Positions 38,339 to 47,240 of a stretch of 64,000 bases of DNA are shown here, piece after piece. A program made the translations under genes and the position numbers. The stretch's first letter is position 1; each line of letters opens with the position of its first letter. Below the pieces are notes generated by a model that was not told the DNA's origin, searched no databases, and saw only the letters and a list, made by a program, of their open reading frames with translations. Where the stretch lies: the NCBI GenBank assembly GCA_038727135.1, contig JAVYWL010000001.1, forward strand, positions 384,001 through 448,000, written 5' to 3'. The DNA is from Candidatus Bathyarchaeia archaeon (GTDB taxonomy: Archaea > Thermoproteota > Bathyarchaeia > Bathyarchaeales > Bathycorpusculaceae).

Positions 38339-38500
38339 AGCTTATGCCACTTTGAGCATAAAACTACAAGCCTAGGCATTTTTATAATTTCCTCTCTTAA
38401 ATAAAAGAAGGCTAGTTTTTGATGCCAAAATTTGGAAGATAGGTTGCAATAAACGTTAAATATTGCTTTAAATAGAGAAAGAGGCTACGGAGGAGTCTTT

Positions 38501-38722
38501 ATGGCAGATTTAGAGTTGGCAATCGCCCCCATGCATAGGTTATGTAAGAAGGCTGGGGCTGACCGGGTAAGCGAGGCAGCCGCAAGAGAACTAGCAAAAG
38601 CCCTAGAGGAAATAGGAATAAAGATAGCTAAGGAAGCACTAGACTTTGCAATGCACACTGGAAGAAAGACTATAAAGGCTGAAGACATCGAGATTGCCGC
38701 CAGAAAAGTTATGGGCAGATAA
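38501..38722 (+). CDS. archaeal histone (HMf-type)
   Basis: EL.IAP..R..K.AGA.RVS..A, A.H.GRKTIKAEDI; upstream TTTAAATA box and GGAGGAG RBS. Confidence 0.95.
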   Translation: MADLELAIAPMHRLCKKAGADRVSEAAARELAKALEEIGIKIAKEALDFAMHTGRKTIKAEDIEIAARKVMGR

Positions 38723-38727
38723 CACTG

Positions 38728-38750
38728 CTTCTCCCTTCTTTCTTTTTAAA
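38728..38750 (+). terminator. pyrimidine/T-rich archaeal terminator after the histone gene
   Basis: CTTCTCCCTTCTTTCTTTTT immediately downstream of the stop codon. Confidence 0.45.
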
Positions 38751-38833
38751 TATGCCGCTAGAGCTAGCAATGTATATAAGAAGCGAGTCTGGAATCTATC
38801 CATAGCCAAAACGGTTAAGGGAGATGCCGATTA

Positions 38834-39163
38834 ATGGGTGGGAAAAAGAAGCTCAGCCTAAAACAGATGGAACGCATGCAGATGCGGAAGGCTGAAGAGG
38901 AGAAAAAGAAGAAGGAAAAGGAGAAAGAAAAAGCAGCGGCTAAGGAAAAGAAGCTGGCTGGGATATTTGTTCCGAACGTGAAAGGCGAGAAGATTCTTGA
39001 CGAATTGAAAAAGATGAGGGTTTTAACGCCTTACACTGTGGCAACCCGCTTTAACATAAGGATAAGCGCGGCGAAAGACTTTCTTGAGCAGCTTGAGGAA
39101 GATGGTTTGGTTCAGCTGGTTTCTGGAAACCATGACATCAAAATTTACAAGGCTATAGACTAA
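38834..39163 (+). CDS. rps25e: 30S ribosomal protein S25e (eS25)
   Basis: MGGKKK.SL.Q.E, Lys-rich tail, winged helix LTPY.VA.R..I.IS.AK..L..L...G. Confidence 0.88.
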   Translation: MGGKKKLSLKQMERMQMRKAEEEKKKKEKEKEKAAAKEKKLAGIFVPNVKGEKILDELKKMRVLTPYTVATRFNIRISAAKDFLEQLEEDGLVQLVSGNHDIKIYKAID

Positions 39164-39212
39164 ACCATTTTGCGTGACGCCATTTACATAAATTTTTGCG
39201 GTTGGAATCTGT

Positions 39213-39689
39213 TTGGCTTATCCGAAAAGAGTGTACACCACCGACGAGGTCAAGGAAGCAGAAAAACTTGTTAAGAAAGGCTATAAGCACCGCCTAGCAG
39301 TCAAGGGAAGCCCGAATTTTAAACATAAGGTTAGAGCCGCATTGAAGCTTGTTAAGACTGCTGGTTACTACGATTTTTTGAGGTCATACATTAAAGGCAT
39401 AATTGAAATTGACGGCTTTACACAGCTTCGGGAGTCTGAAGCCTCCATTTGGGCGAACAAGTATGCGGTGGCAAATCCCGTTGACGCCGCTAGTCTTTTC
39501 GTGCAAAAAGCACATCACATGAAGGAGTATCTTGAAGGAAAAATGTATTACGGTGGGGAAGCAGAAAGACGCTCGGTGGAGAAACGCATAGAATTCCTTG
39601 AAACATTGAAAAAGAAAACCCGCAAAAAAGACGTCAAAGAAGAGTGCGAAAAACTTTTAAAAAGTTGGAGCGAAAGCGTATACTTATAA
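39213..39689 (+). CDS. hypothetical protein
   Basis: 158-aa ORF filling the gap between rps25e and the convergent gene; no family recognised. Confidence 0.65.
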   Translation: MAYPKRVYTTDEVKEAEKLVKKGYKHRLAVKGSPNFKHKVRAALKLVKTAGYYDFLRSYIKGIIEIDGFTQLRESEASIWANKYAVANPVDAASLFVQKAHHMKEYLEGKMYYGGEAERRSVEKRIEFLETLKKKTRKKDVKEECEKLLKSWSESVYL

Positions 39690-40067
39690 CTTTTCAACCT
39701 TAATAGTTGCTCCACTTTTTATCTTGCTGAAAAGTTCAAGATTTTTAGTAACTTTGCCTAAAACGTTAACTGGACTATAAGGCTGGGACTCGCCGAAAAA
39801 AATGCATAATGCGCTTCCCATAGGCCAGAAGGCTATTGTGCCTTTTTCAACAGTGCTTTTTGCTTTTTCTTCACCCATTTTCACAGGGATTTCGAAGTAG
39901 ACTTCCTCTTTCCATAGGGCTGTTCTCCCCTCTATTGGTAGTTTTCGAACTATCATGTCCACTGTTCTTGGGGCTAGGTGGCGGACAAGCTCGCCTTCGG
40001 CTTCACCTAACCCCTCAACAATGAATTTTATTTTTACTCTTGAGATTTCGCCCTCTTCATTTCCCAT
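39684..40067 (-). CDS. cyclophilin-like fold protein (DUF369/TM1367 type)
   Basis: APRTV..I...LPI, W.EEVYF.IPV, G.IAFWP.G.A.CIFFG, PYSPVN.LG. Confidence 0.85.
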   Translation of the reverse strand: MGNEEGEISRVKIKFIVEGLGEAEGELVRHLAPRTVDMIVRKLPIEGRTALWKEEVYFEIPVKMGEEKAKSTVEKGTIAFWPMGSALCIFFGESQPYSPVNVLGKVTKNLELFSKIKSGATIKVEKL

Positions 40068-41394
40068 GCGTATGCACTTTCCCAAGAAAGTCTTCTAAAA
40101 TTTGCTCCAAGGACAATGGTCCCAAAACCTTGAGCTCGTACCTCACCCTTACCGTTGGCTTGTTGATTTCCATAACTCTTCTTAGGTCTACTGGTGTTCC
40201 GATGACCACAACGTCGCATGGTGTACGCATAATCGTTTCATTGAGCTCCTCAATCTGCTTTTCTCCATAGCCTAGGGCTGGCAGAACCGCTCCTAGGTGA
40301 GGGTACTTTTCATAAGCCTCCTTTATTGAGCCTACTGCGTATGGCCTTGGGTCGGCTAATTCGCTGGCTCCAAGCTGCTTAGCCAATATCGTCGCTGCAC
40401 CAAATGGCATGTCACCATGAGTTAATGTTGGACCGTCCTCAATCACAAGCACCCGCTTACCCTTAATCAGCTCCGGCTTGTCAGCGATTATTGGCGAAGA
40501 AGCCTCAAGTATAATTGCGTCTGGATTAACCCTCCTTATGTTCTCCTTAACGAGACTGACATTCTTGGGATCTGCGGTGTCAACTTTATTTATTATCACC
40601 ACATTTGCCATTCTGAGGTTGGCTTCTCCGGGATGATATGCAACCTCGTGTCCTGCCCTATGGGGGTCTGCCACAACTATGTGGAGGTCTGGCTTGTAGA
40701 AGGGTATGTCATTGTTTCCCCCGTCCCAAACAATAATGTCTGCTTCTTTTTCGGCTTCCCTTAAAATCCTCTCGTAGTCAACCCCGGCGTATACAACTAC
40801 TCCATTGTCTATGTGAGGTTCATATTCTTCTCTCTCCTCGATGGTGCACTCGTGTCTGTCGAGATCTTCGTAGGAGGCGAAGCGTTGGCACACCTGTTTG
40901 CGCAAGTCGCCATATGGCATTGGATGCCTAACAACCACAACGTTTAAGCCTTTGCCTTTCAGGATTTTGGCTACTTGCCGTGATGTTTGGCTTTTTCCAG
41001 AACCAGTTCTTACAGCGCCAACGGAGATTACAGGAACCTTAGCCTTAAGCATCGTCGTCTTTGGTCCCATAAGCCTAAAGTCTGCGCCGTTTGCCAGCGC
41101 TATTGACGCCTTATGCATAACGTACTCGTGGGAGACGTCGCTGTAGGCGAAAACAACCTGATCGACGTCAAAATCCCTTATTAGCCTTGCAAGCTCTTCT
41201 TCTGGATAAATCGGTATACCATTCGGATAATTTCTGCCAGCCAGTTCCGGCGGATATATTCTTCCCTCTATGCCTGGAATCTGTGTGGCAGTGAAAGCCA
41301 CAACATCGTAGGCATCGTTGTCTCTAAAATAGACGTTAAAATTGTGAAAGTCCCTGCCAGCTGCGCCCATTATAATAACCTTTGTTTTTGCCAT
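40057..41394 (-). CDS. P-loop GTPase / cyclic 2,3-diphosphoglycerate synthetase-like (COG2403)
   Basis: IMGAAGRDFHNFN, AVRTGSGKSQT, RHPMPYG, EEREEYEPH, WDGGNND, EDGPTLTHG. Confidence 0.88.
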   Translation of the reverse strand: MAKTKVIIMGAAGRDFHNFNVYFRDNDAYDVVAFTATQIPGIEGRIYPPELAGRNYPNGIPIYPEEELARLIRDFDVDQVVFAYSDVSHEYVMHKASIALANGADFRLMGPKTTMLKAKVPVISVGAVRTGSGKSQTSRQVAKILKGKGLNVVVVRHPMPYGDLRKQVCQRFASYEDLDRHECTIEEREEYEPHIDNGVVVYAGVDYERILREAEKEADIIVWDGGNNDIPFYKPDLHIVVADPHRAGHEVAYHPGEANLRMANVVIINKVDTADPKNVSLVKENIRRVNPDAIILEASSPIIADKPELIKGKRVLVIEDGPTLTHGDMPFGAATILAKQLGASELADPRPYAVGSIKEAYEKYPHLGAVLPALGYGEKQIEELNETIMRTPCDVVVIGTPVDLRRVMEINKPTVRVRYELKVLGPLSLEQILEDFLGKVHTHGK

Positions 41395-41474
41395 AAAGCG
41401 GGTGCCCCCGCAAAACCACCAAATTCGGTGAAGGCACTATACTAGACTGGTGTAAATATAAAAACCTAGCTGTT

Positions 41475-42584
41475 TCAACGTCGCCCAATCAAACGAGAAA
41501 CAGCCTCGCCTATAAATTCTATCTGCTCCGCCGTAACTCCGGGATGAACTGGCAGAGAAAGCACTTGCTCTGATGCTTTCTCCGTTTCTGGAAGCTTCCT
41601 TTTTCTAAATTTGCGGTAATATGGCATCAAGTGGATGGGCCATGGATAGTAGACTTCGGCGCCTATACCTTTCCTCCTCAAATTTTCAACAACAGCATCA
41701 CGCCTCGCTCTATCCGCATCTTTAATTCTCACCGTGTAGAGATACCAGCTGTTTCTGCAGCCTTCAAGCTCGCATGGAAGCTGAAGGTTTTTAACATCGC
41801 TCAGTTTTGCTGTGAGCCTTTCAGCGTTTTCTCTACGCTTGGCCAGAAAATTGGGCAGCTTCCTTAGCTGTACAATGCCTATTGCTGCTTCAATTTCTGG
41901 CATGCGGTAGTTGTGTCCCAAAAGGACGGACTTGTACTTTTCCTTCTCGCCGTGGCTTCTAATAAGCCTCAAGGTTCCAGCAATTTCATCATCATTTGTG
42001 GTTACCATGCCGCCTTCACCGGTTGTCATATTTTTACTTGCATAGAAACTCCAACATGCAACATCAGCAAAGGAGCCAACTGGCTTCCCTTTATAAACTG
42101 CACCGTGGGCTTGGGCTGCATCCTCAATAACTTTTAACCCGTGTTTGTCGGCTATTTCCCTTATCGGTTTCAGATCCGCTGGAGAACCGTAAAGATCTAC
42201 AGCAATCACAGCTTTAGTCTTCTTTGTTAGCGCTTTTTCAACGGCTTCCGGCGAAACATTATAGGTTTCAGGGTTTATATCTACAAAAACTGGTCTCGCC
42301 CCAGCCAACACAACCGTTTCCGCTGTTGCCACAAAGGTGAAGCTTGGCAAAACCACCTCGTCGCCCTGTTTTACGCCAGCAGCGGCTAAAGCCATGTGCA
42401 AGGCTGCTGTTCCACTGTTTACGGCTATGGCATGCTTCGCCTCAACAAATCTTGCAAACTCTTCTTCAAACTGCTTAACCATTGGTCCAGCGCCAAGCGC
42501 ATGTGTTAGGATGCCGCTTTTCAAAACTTTTGCAACAGCCTCAATTTCTTCTTCGCCTATTTGCGGAGCATTTATCGGAATCAT
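41475..42584 (-). CDS. DegT/DnrJ/EryC1/StrS sugar aminotransferase
   Basis: NSGTAALH, FTFVAT, EDAAQAHGA, SFYASKNMTTGEGG, G.NYRM, LSLPVHP. Confidence 0.94.
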   Translation of the reverse strand: MIPINAPQIGEEEIEAVAKVLKSGILTHALGAGPMVKQFEEEFARFVEAKHAIAVNSGTAALHMALAAAGVKQGDEVVLPSFTFVATAETVVLAGARPVFVDINPETYNVSPEAVEKALTKKTKAVIAVDLYGSPADLKPIREIADKHGLKVIEDAAQAHGAVYKGKPVGSFADVACWSFYASKNMTTGEGGMVTTNDDEIAGTLRLIRSHGEKEKYKSVLLGHNYRMPEIEAAIGIVQLRKLPNFLAKRRENAERLTAKLSDVKNLQLPCELEGCRNSWYLYTVRIKDADRARRDAVVENLRRKGIGAEVYYPWPIHLMPYYRKFRKRKLPETEKASEQVLSLPVHPGVTAEQIEFIGEAVSRLIGRR

Positions 42585-42751
42585 AGCGCATCTTCGCTAT
42601 TATGCTGTTTCCTAAATTTATTAAAACTTGCCAGAAAACATTATGCTCTAGGTCATATTGTAGCTGGCGAGACTTTACAAATGCGATACCCCTCTATAGA
42701 TTTTGCATAGCATAGCTATGAAAAAGAAAATTGTTAGAAACGGATGAGGCA

Positions 42752-43390
42752 TTAGCCGCTGGAATTATTTAAGCTCCTTATTCTGTTGATGAATTCCTCT
42801 CTTTCCTTTTCTACTTCTTTTATTCTCTGTTTTAGGAATTCGAGTTCTTCGGAGATTTCTTCAAGCCAGCCTTTTATGGCTTTCACGCCTTTTTCCGATG
42901 TCATTTCTGCGAGGTATTTGGAAACATCCTGCGGTTTGCGTTTTTCCAGAGCGGTTAGCGGATAGTTGATTTTTGGAGGCTTTAGAAAGGGGAAAAAGTG
43001 TCTTGTAGTTCTTGGTTCCATAAGCTTTCCACTTAGAGCCGCCGTGACCACGTTTTCAGCCGTTATGGGTGAGTTTGAATTTCCAATGTACCGGTGGATG
43101 CGCCTCCTACCGATGCGAATTTGGGGATTTTGAAAAATGTTGACACATAGAACCGGTATTTGTGTGTAGCCCAAGCTTTTTAGGGCGAGCCAACGGTGCA
43201 TACCGTCAAGTATGACATTTGTCTTTTCATCGGCAATTATTGGATATTTTAGAACGCCGTCTCGTAGAATCTCCTTTTTCAGCATCTCCAAATATAGAGG
43301 GGAGCCTTTCTCATGAGGCTTTAATGCGTCAATTGGTAAAAGTACAATTTTGAACGCCTCTGTCTTTTCGGTTTGGGTTGCGGTTGCCAC
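42752..43390 (-). CDS. ParB/sulfiredoxin-fold protein resembling free serine kinase SerK/SbnI
   Basis: L.PHE, PII.D, ILDGMHRW.AL..LG, P(R)TTRH motifs plus C-terminal coiled coil; likely GTG start 43390 (track start 43453); directly downstream of trpB2. Confidence 0.7.
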   Translation of the reverse strand: MATATQTEKTEAFKIVLLPIDALKPHEKGSPLYLEMLKKEILRDGVLKYPIIADEKTNVILDGMHRWLALKSLGYTQIPVLCVNIFQNPQIRIGRRRIHRYIGNSNSPITAENVVTAALSGKLMEPRTTRHFFPFLKPPKINYPLTALEKRKPQDVSKYLAEMTSEKGVKAIKGWLEEISEELEFLKQRIKEVEKEREEFINRIRSLNNSSG

Positions 43391-43412
43391 TTGCCTGTCG
43401 CCCTTAAGGGGG

Positions 43413-44774
43413 TTATTTAACAATTGTTGGAACATCGATTTTTTCCGGCTCATAATCCACCAGTTTTCCTGCCAAGAACTGCTCGTAGGCGCCTAAATCC
43501 AATAGTCCGTGCCCGCTATAGTTCATGGCGATAACCTTCTTCTCACCAGTTTTTCGACACCGCAAGGCTTCGTCTATAACGAATTTCAGGCTGTGGGCTG
43601 TTTCAGGTGCTATTATTAGGCCTTCTGCTTGAGCTAGAATTTGGGCTGCTTGGAAGACTTCAGTTTGGTGGTAGGCAACTGAACGCATATACCCCCTATG
43701 GATTAGATATGATATTGAGGGTGCCATTCCATGGTATCTTAAGCCTCCAGCATGGATTGGGGGGCATGCGTAGCCGTGTCCTATTGTGAGCATTTTAAGC
43801 AGTGGTGTCATTTCAGCCGTGTCGCCGAAATCGTATGTGTAAACTCCTTTGGTTGTGTGGGGAACAGCCTTAGACTCGCAAGCCACGAACTCTGTTTCAG
43901 TTTTGCCCTTAAGCTTGTCCATCATGAACGGGTAGCAGAAGCCGGCATAGTTGGAGCCCCCGCCTATGCATCCGCAAACGATATCCGGGTACTCGCCAAT
44001 GATTTCAAACTGTTTTTTAGCTTCTAAGCCTATTATGGTCTGGTGCAACAGCACATGGTTTAGAACTGAACCCAAAGAATACCTCGTGTCCTCATGTGTC
44101 ATCGTGTCTTCTATGGCTTCACTTATGGCGATTCCCAGCGTTCCCGGATGGTTGGGGTTTTCCTTCAAGAGCTTTCTGCCAAAGTTCGTCTGGTCGCTTG
44201 GTGAAGGAAACATCTCAGCGCCATATAACTGTGCTATGGTTCTTCTTCCGGGCTTCTGCTGGTAGCTAACGCGAACCATGTATATGCGGCACTTTAAACC
44301 GAAAATTGTGCAAGCAAAGGCTAATGCAGTGCCCCACTGTCCAGCACCTGTTTCTGTCACAAGCCTTTTTATGCCTTGTTCCTTGTTGTAGTAGGCTTGG
44401 GCTATAGCAGTATTCGTCTTGTGGCTTCCAGTTGGACTAAAATTCTCGCATTTAAAGTATATCTTTGCCGGAGTTTTCAGAAACTTTTCAAGCCTCCTAG
44501 CCCTATAAAGCGGCGTTGGACGGGGCAATCGCAAATAAGCGTCTAAAACCTCTTCTGGAATTTTTATGAAGCGCTCTGTGGAAACCTCTTGCCTAATCAG
44601 CTCCTTTGCAAATATTCTCTCCAGGAGTTTTGGGTCTATGGGTTTTAGGGTTGTGGGATCCAACGGCGGCGGAAGCGGCTCTGGCAGGTCTGCCTGAATG
44701 TTGTACCACGCGGTGGGGATTTCATCAGCGCCTAGCATTGTGAAGTGTTCGCTTTTCTGAACTTTAAAGTTCAT
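43413..44774 (-). CDS. trpB2: TrpB2 (type 2 tryptophan synthase beta, PLP enzyme)
   Basis: P..WYNI..DLP, RPTPL.RA..LE, GSHK.N.A, TETGAGQWG, GTLGIAISEA, Y.LGSVLN, GGGSN, HAGGLRYHG, SGHG..DL. Confidence 0.95.
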   Translation of the reverse strand: MNFKVQKSEHFTMLGADEIPTAWYNIQADLPEPLPPPLDPTTLKPIDPKLLERIFAKELIRQEVSTERFIKIPEEVLDAYLRLPRPTPLYRARRLEKFLKTPAKIYFKCENFSPTGSHKTNTAIAQAYYNKEQGIKRLVTETGAGQWGTALAFACTIFGLKCRIYMVRVSYQQKPGRRTIAQLYGAEMFPSPSDQTNFGRKLLKENPNHPGTLGIAISEAIEDTMTHEDTRYSLGSVLNHVLLHQTIIGLEAKKQFEIIGEYPDIVCGCIGGGSNYAGFCYPFMMDKLKGKTETEFVACESKAVPHTTKGVYTYDFGDTAEMTPLLKMLTIGHGYACPPIHAGGLRYHGMAPSISYLIHRGYMRSVAYHQTEVFQAAQILAQAEGLIIAPETAHSLKFVIDEALRCRKTGEKKVIAMNYSGHGLLDLGAYEQFLAGKLVDYEPEKIDVPTIVK

Positions 44775-44787
44775 TATTATTCACCTA

Positions 44788-44860
44788 TGTACATTTTAAT
44801 ACGTTTAAGCACGTAATAAAACATTGAACATATTTATACTTTATTGCACAAAAAAGTACA
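44788..44860. promoter_or_regulatory. array of TRP boxes (TGTACA-like, 10-bp phasing) in the divergent trpB2/trpY promoter
   Basis: TGTACA 44788; TGAACA 44825, TATACT 44835, TGCACA 44845, AGTACA 44855 (6-bp boxes, 4-bp spacers). Confidence 0.75.
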
Positions 44861-44876
44861 TTAGGCAGACAGAAAC

Positions 44877-45380
44877 ATGTGGAACACGATAAAAAAGCAT
44901 TTCGAAAACTATCCAGAACGCCTAAAAGTAGCCAGAGTCCTCGTGGAAAATGGACTGAGCATAAAAAATGGAAAAATATACTTGAACGAGATAGAGATTC
45001 CGCCAACACGAATAGCAAGAGTGACAGGAGTAGACAGGAGAACAGTAAACGAAACAATAAACACCATAAGAGCGAACCGCGAACTCCGCCTAATATTCGA
45101 AGGCTTAAGGCCAGCGGGACATTCCCTAAAAGAAATAGCAAAACATTTGGAACTCGGCGTGGTAGAAATAACTCCAGTGGATGCCAGAATACCAGGCATA
45201 TTGGCAAATTCAGCCATGATACTGGCAAAAAACGGCCTAAGTATAAGACAGGCAATAGTTGACGACCCAGAACTCTCGCCAGAACCAAAGCTAACACTTA
45301 TTGTAGAGAAAAAGGTTCCAGGCGAACTTATCCCAGAATTCCTGAAAGTTAAGGGAGTTGCCAAAGTATCAATTTATTAA
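44877..45380 (+). CDS. trpY: TrpY-type tryptophan-responsive regulator (HTH + ACT, COG2150)
   Basis: MW..IK..FE.YP.R..VAR, GVDRRTV, LG.VEI..DAR.PGILA, ISIRQA..DPEL...P.LT, GV..VSIY; divergent from trpB2 with TRP boxes between. Confidence 0.85.
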   Translation: MWNTIKKHFENYPERLKVARVLVENGLSIKNGKIYLNEIEIPPTRIARVTGVDRRTVNETINTIRANRELRLIFEGLRPAGHSLKEIAKHLELGVVEITPVDARIPGILANSAMILAKNGLSIRQAIVDDPELSPEPKLTLIVEKKVPGELIPEFLKVKGVAKVSIY

Positions 45381-45414
45381 ACGTTTGGGGTTTTCCCATT
45401 TTCCTCATTTATAA

Positions 45415-46131
45415 GTGCGAAGTCAAAAAATATATGCTGCTTTTAGCAAAATTGTCATGATAATGTTGATGGATATCGTAAAAAGGTTAAGCATTGGATG
45501 TTTATTTCTTATGGTAGCATTTTTCCCGTTAGTGGAGACAGCCTCCAATTTTCCTGAAAATGAACCATGTTTGGTGAAATTTAAATACGTTAATGGACAA
45601 TGGTTTGTAGACGATGAAATTCTAAAGCTTGTTACCCCCTTGCATTTTGAGGGTCCTATAATCCCAATAAGAATTGTTGATTTGGGGAACTTTTTCAAAG
45701 TTCTTGAAGAAGAAAAAACTCAACCTGTTCAAATCAAAATGAAGGCTGAAGGGCCATTTCCATCTAACATTACATTAGAGTTTAAGGGCGAAAAAGCCGT
45801 TCTGATACCTGAAATTATTAAAATAGAAATACCAATTAACGGCACAATTCTACTAGGCTATGCATATAGGTACGGGCCTTATGGAGGAGGCTGCCTTATA
45901 GGAATTCAGATTTCAGTAACATGGACCCCAGATGACCAAGTGCTTTACATTGTTTGTTACGATGCTACCACTGGAGAAGGCCGACTCCACAGAGCTACCG
46001 ATGGTCATGGCTTCGTTATTTTTGACACAAATCCGACAAGAGAATACTATGTTTTAATAGGAAACCCTTCAGAGGAAAATATAGAAGCGATAACTTACAG
46101 CGGTATTATAACCTTATATTACAGACCATAA
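45415..46131 (+). CDS. hypothetical secreted/surface protein with possible C-terminal PPC-like beta-sandwich
   Basis: signal-peptide-like KRLSIGCLFLMVAFFPL..A; C-terminal ISVTWTP...YYVLIGN...YSG.ITL; true start may be a downstream ATG. Confidence 0.6.
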   Translation: MRSQKIYAAFSKIVMIMLMDIVKRLSIGCLFLMVAFFPLVETASNFPENEPCLVKFKYVNGQWFVDDEILKLVTPLHFEGPIIPIRIVDLGNFFKVLEEEKTQPVQIKMKAEGPFPSNITLEFKGEKAVLIPEIIKIEIPINGTILLGYAYRYGPYGGGCLIGIQISVTWTPDDQVLYIVCYDATTGEGRLHRATDGHGFVIFDTNPTREYYVLIGNPSEENIEAITYSGIITLYYRP

Positions 46132-46133
46132 GT

Positions 46134-47240
46134 TTAACTTTTCTGAGGGTTCTTTTCAATACATTCTTCAGGTTTGATATTTGTTTTTTGATTTTTTAGA
46201 GACTCTGCAATTATTTTCTCCAATTTTTTCTGAGGTATAGTTTGACTGGACTTTTCTTTCAACATACCTGACGGCCTAAAAATCAATATTAAAAGGATTA
46301 TCGAACCCAGTAGGAGATAATCTAACCAAACCACATCGAATGGAAGGAAGGCAAATGAGTATTTATAAAACACTATTAATTTCCGTAACGTAATAAAGAT
46401 TAGGGTGCCCAACGCTACGCCGAAGTTGTTTCCCACTCCTCCAAATATTACCATAAGCCACGGAAGAAAGGTCCACTCCAATTTGCCGTAAACTGCAGGG
46501 CCAACATAACATGTATAAAATGCGTAGAGTGCACCTGCCAAACCGGAGATCATAGAACCAAGCACCAAAACTTCCAGCCTAATCTTCGTCACATCTTTAC
46601 CCATAGATAAAGCTGCAACTTCATTATCTCTCATCGCACGGAAAGCTCTGCATAGAGGAGAACGGGCCAAAAGCTCAAGAAATAATAATGTTCCTATAGC
46701 CGCCGCAAGCAGCACAATTGTGATTAGAGTAAATCGGTTGCGGCCTAGCCAGCTCCATACGTCTGGCACAAGTATCCCTATAACCCCTCCCACCAGTGGA
46801 TCATAATTTCTTCCTATTATCGATAGAGCCTCGCCTAGTGCCAAAAGCGTTATAGCCAAATAATCGGTTCTTAATCTAACTGCAGGATACGATGAAATAA
46901 ACCCCAATAAACCGCCCACACCCATAGCAATTATTAGCGTCAAAATAAATACGCAAAGTCCAATTAAAGGCTGAGTTTGAATATGACTGTTGATTTGAGA
47001 GACAATTATTGCATTATTCTTTACAATGTTCCCTCCGAGTTGTGAGTCTACGTTAAATATCCACATGCAAAGTCTTATGGGAAACCACCCTACAGTGAAA
47101 GCCCCGCCTGTAACGGCTAATACTAAGCCAAAATTGGGTATCCCAGCATAGCCGAGCTGTAAGTTTAAACTCAGATTTAGTATTAGGTATATTGCAAAAA
47201 GTGCTACCAAGTCTATTGTAAATAGGATTAGGCTTTCCGT
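46134..47240 (-). CDS. livM: branched-chain-amino-acid-type ABC permease LivM; probable ACG start 47240
   Basis: LSLNLQ.GY.GIPNFG, RLR.DYLAI, A.RDNE.AA...G, GG.GN..G, RP.G. Confidence 0.88.
   Translation of the reverse strand, partial: TESLILFTIDLVALFAIYLILNLSLNLQLGYAGIPNFGLVLAVTGGAFTVGWFPIRLCMWIFNVDSQLGGNIVKNNAIIVSQINSHIQTQPLIGLCVFILTLIIAMGVGGLLGFISSYPAVRLRTDYLAITLLALGEALSIIGRNYDPLVGGVIGILVPDVWSWLGRNRFTLITIVLLAAAIGTLLFLELLARSPLCRAFRAMRDNEVAALSMGKDVTKIRLEVLVLGSMISGLAGALYAFYTCYVGPAVYGKLEWTFLPWLMVIFGGVGNNFGVALGTLIFITLRKLIVFYKYSFAFLPFDVVWLDYLLLGSIILLILIFRPSGMLKEKSSQTIPQKKLEKIIAESLKNQKTNIKPEECIEKNPQKS

Noticed and set aside
42752-43453. ParB as a plasmid/chromosome partition gene
   Set aside because: No ParA neighbour, no HTH domain; motifs and context fit a SerK-like kinase better
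44785-45364. Several long alternative ORFs overlapping trpY
   Set aside because: Shadow frames of an A-rich real gene with low-complexity translations
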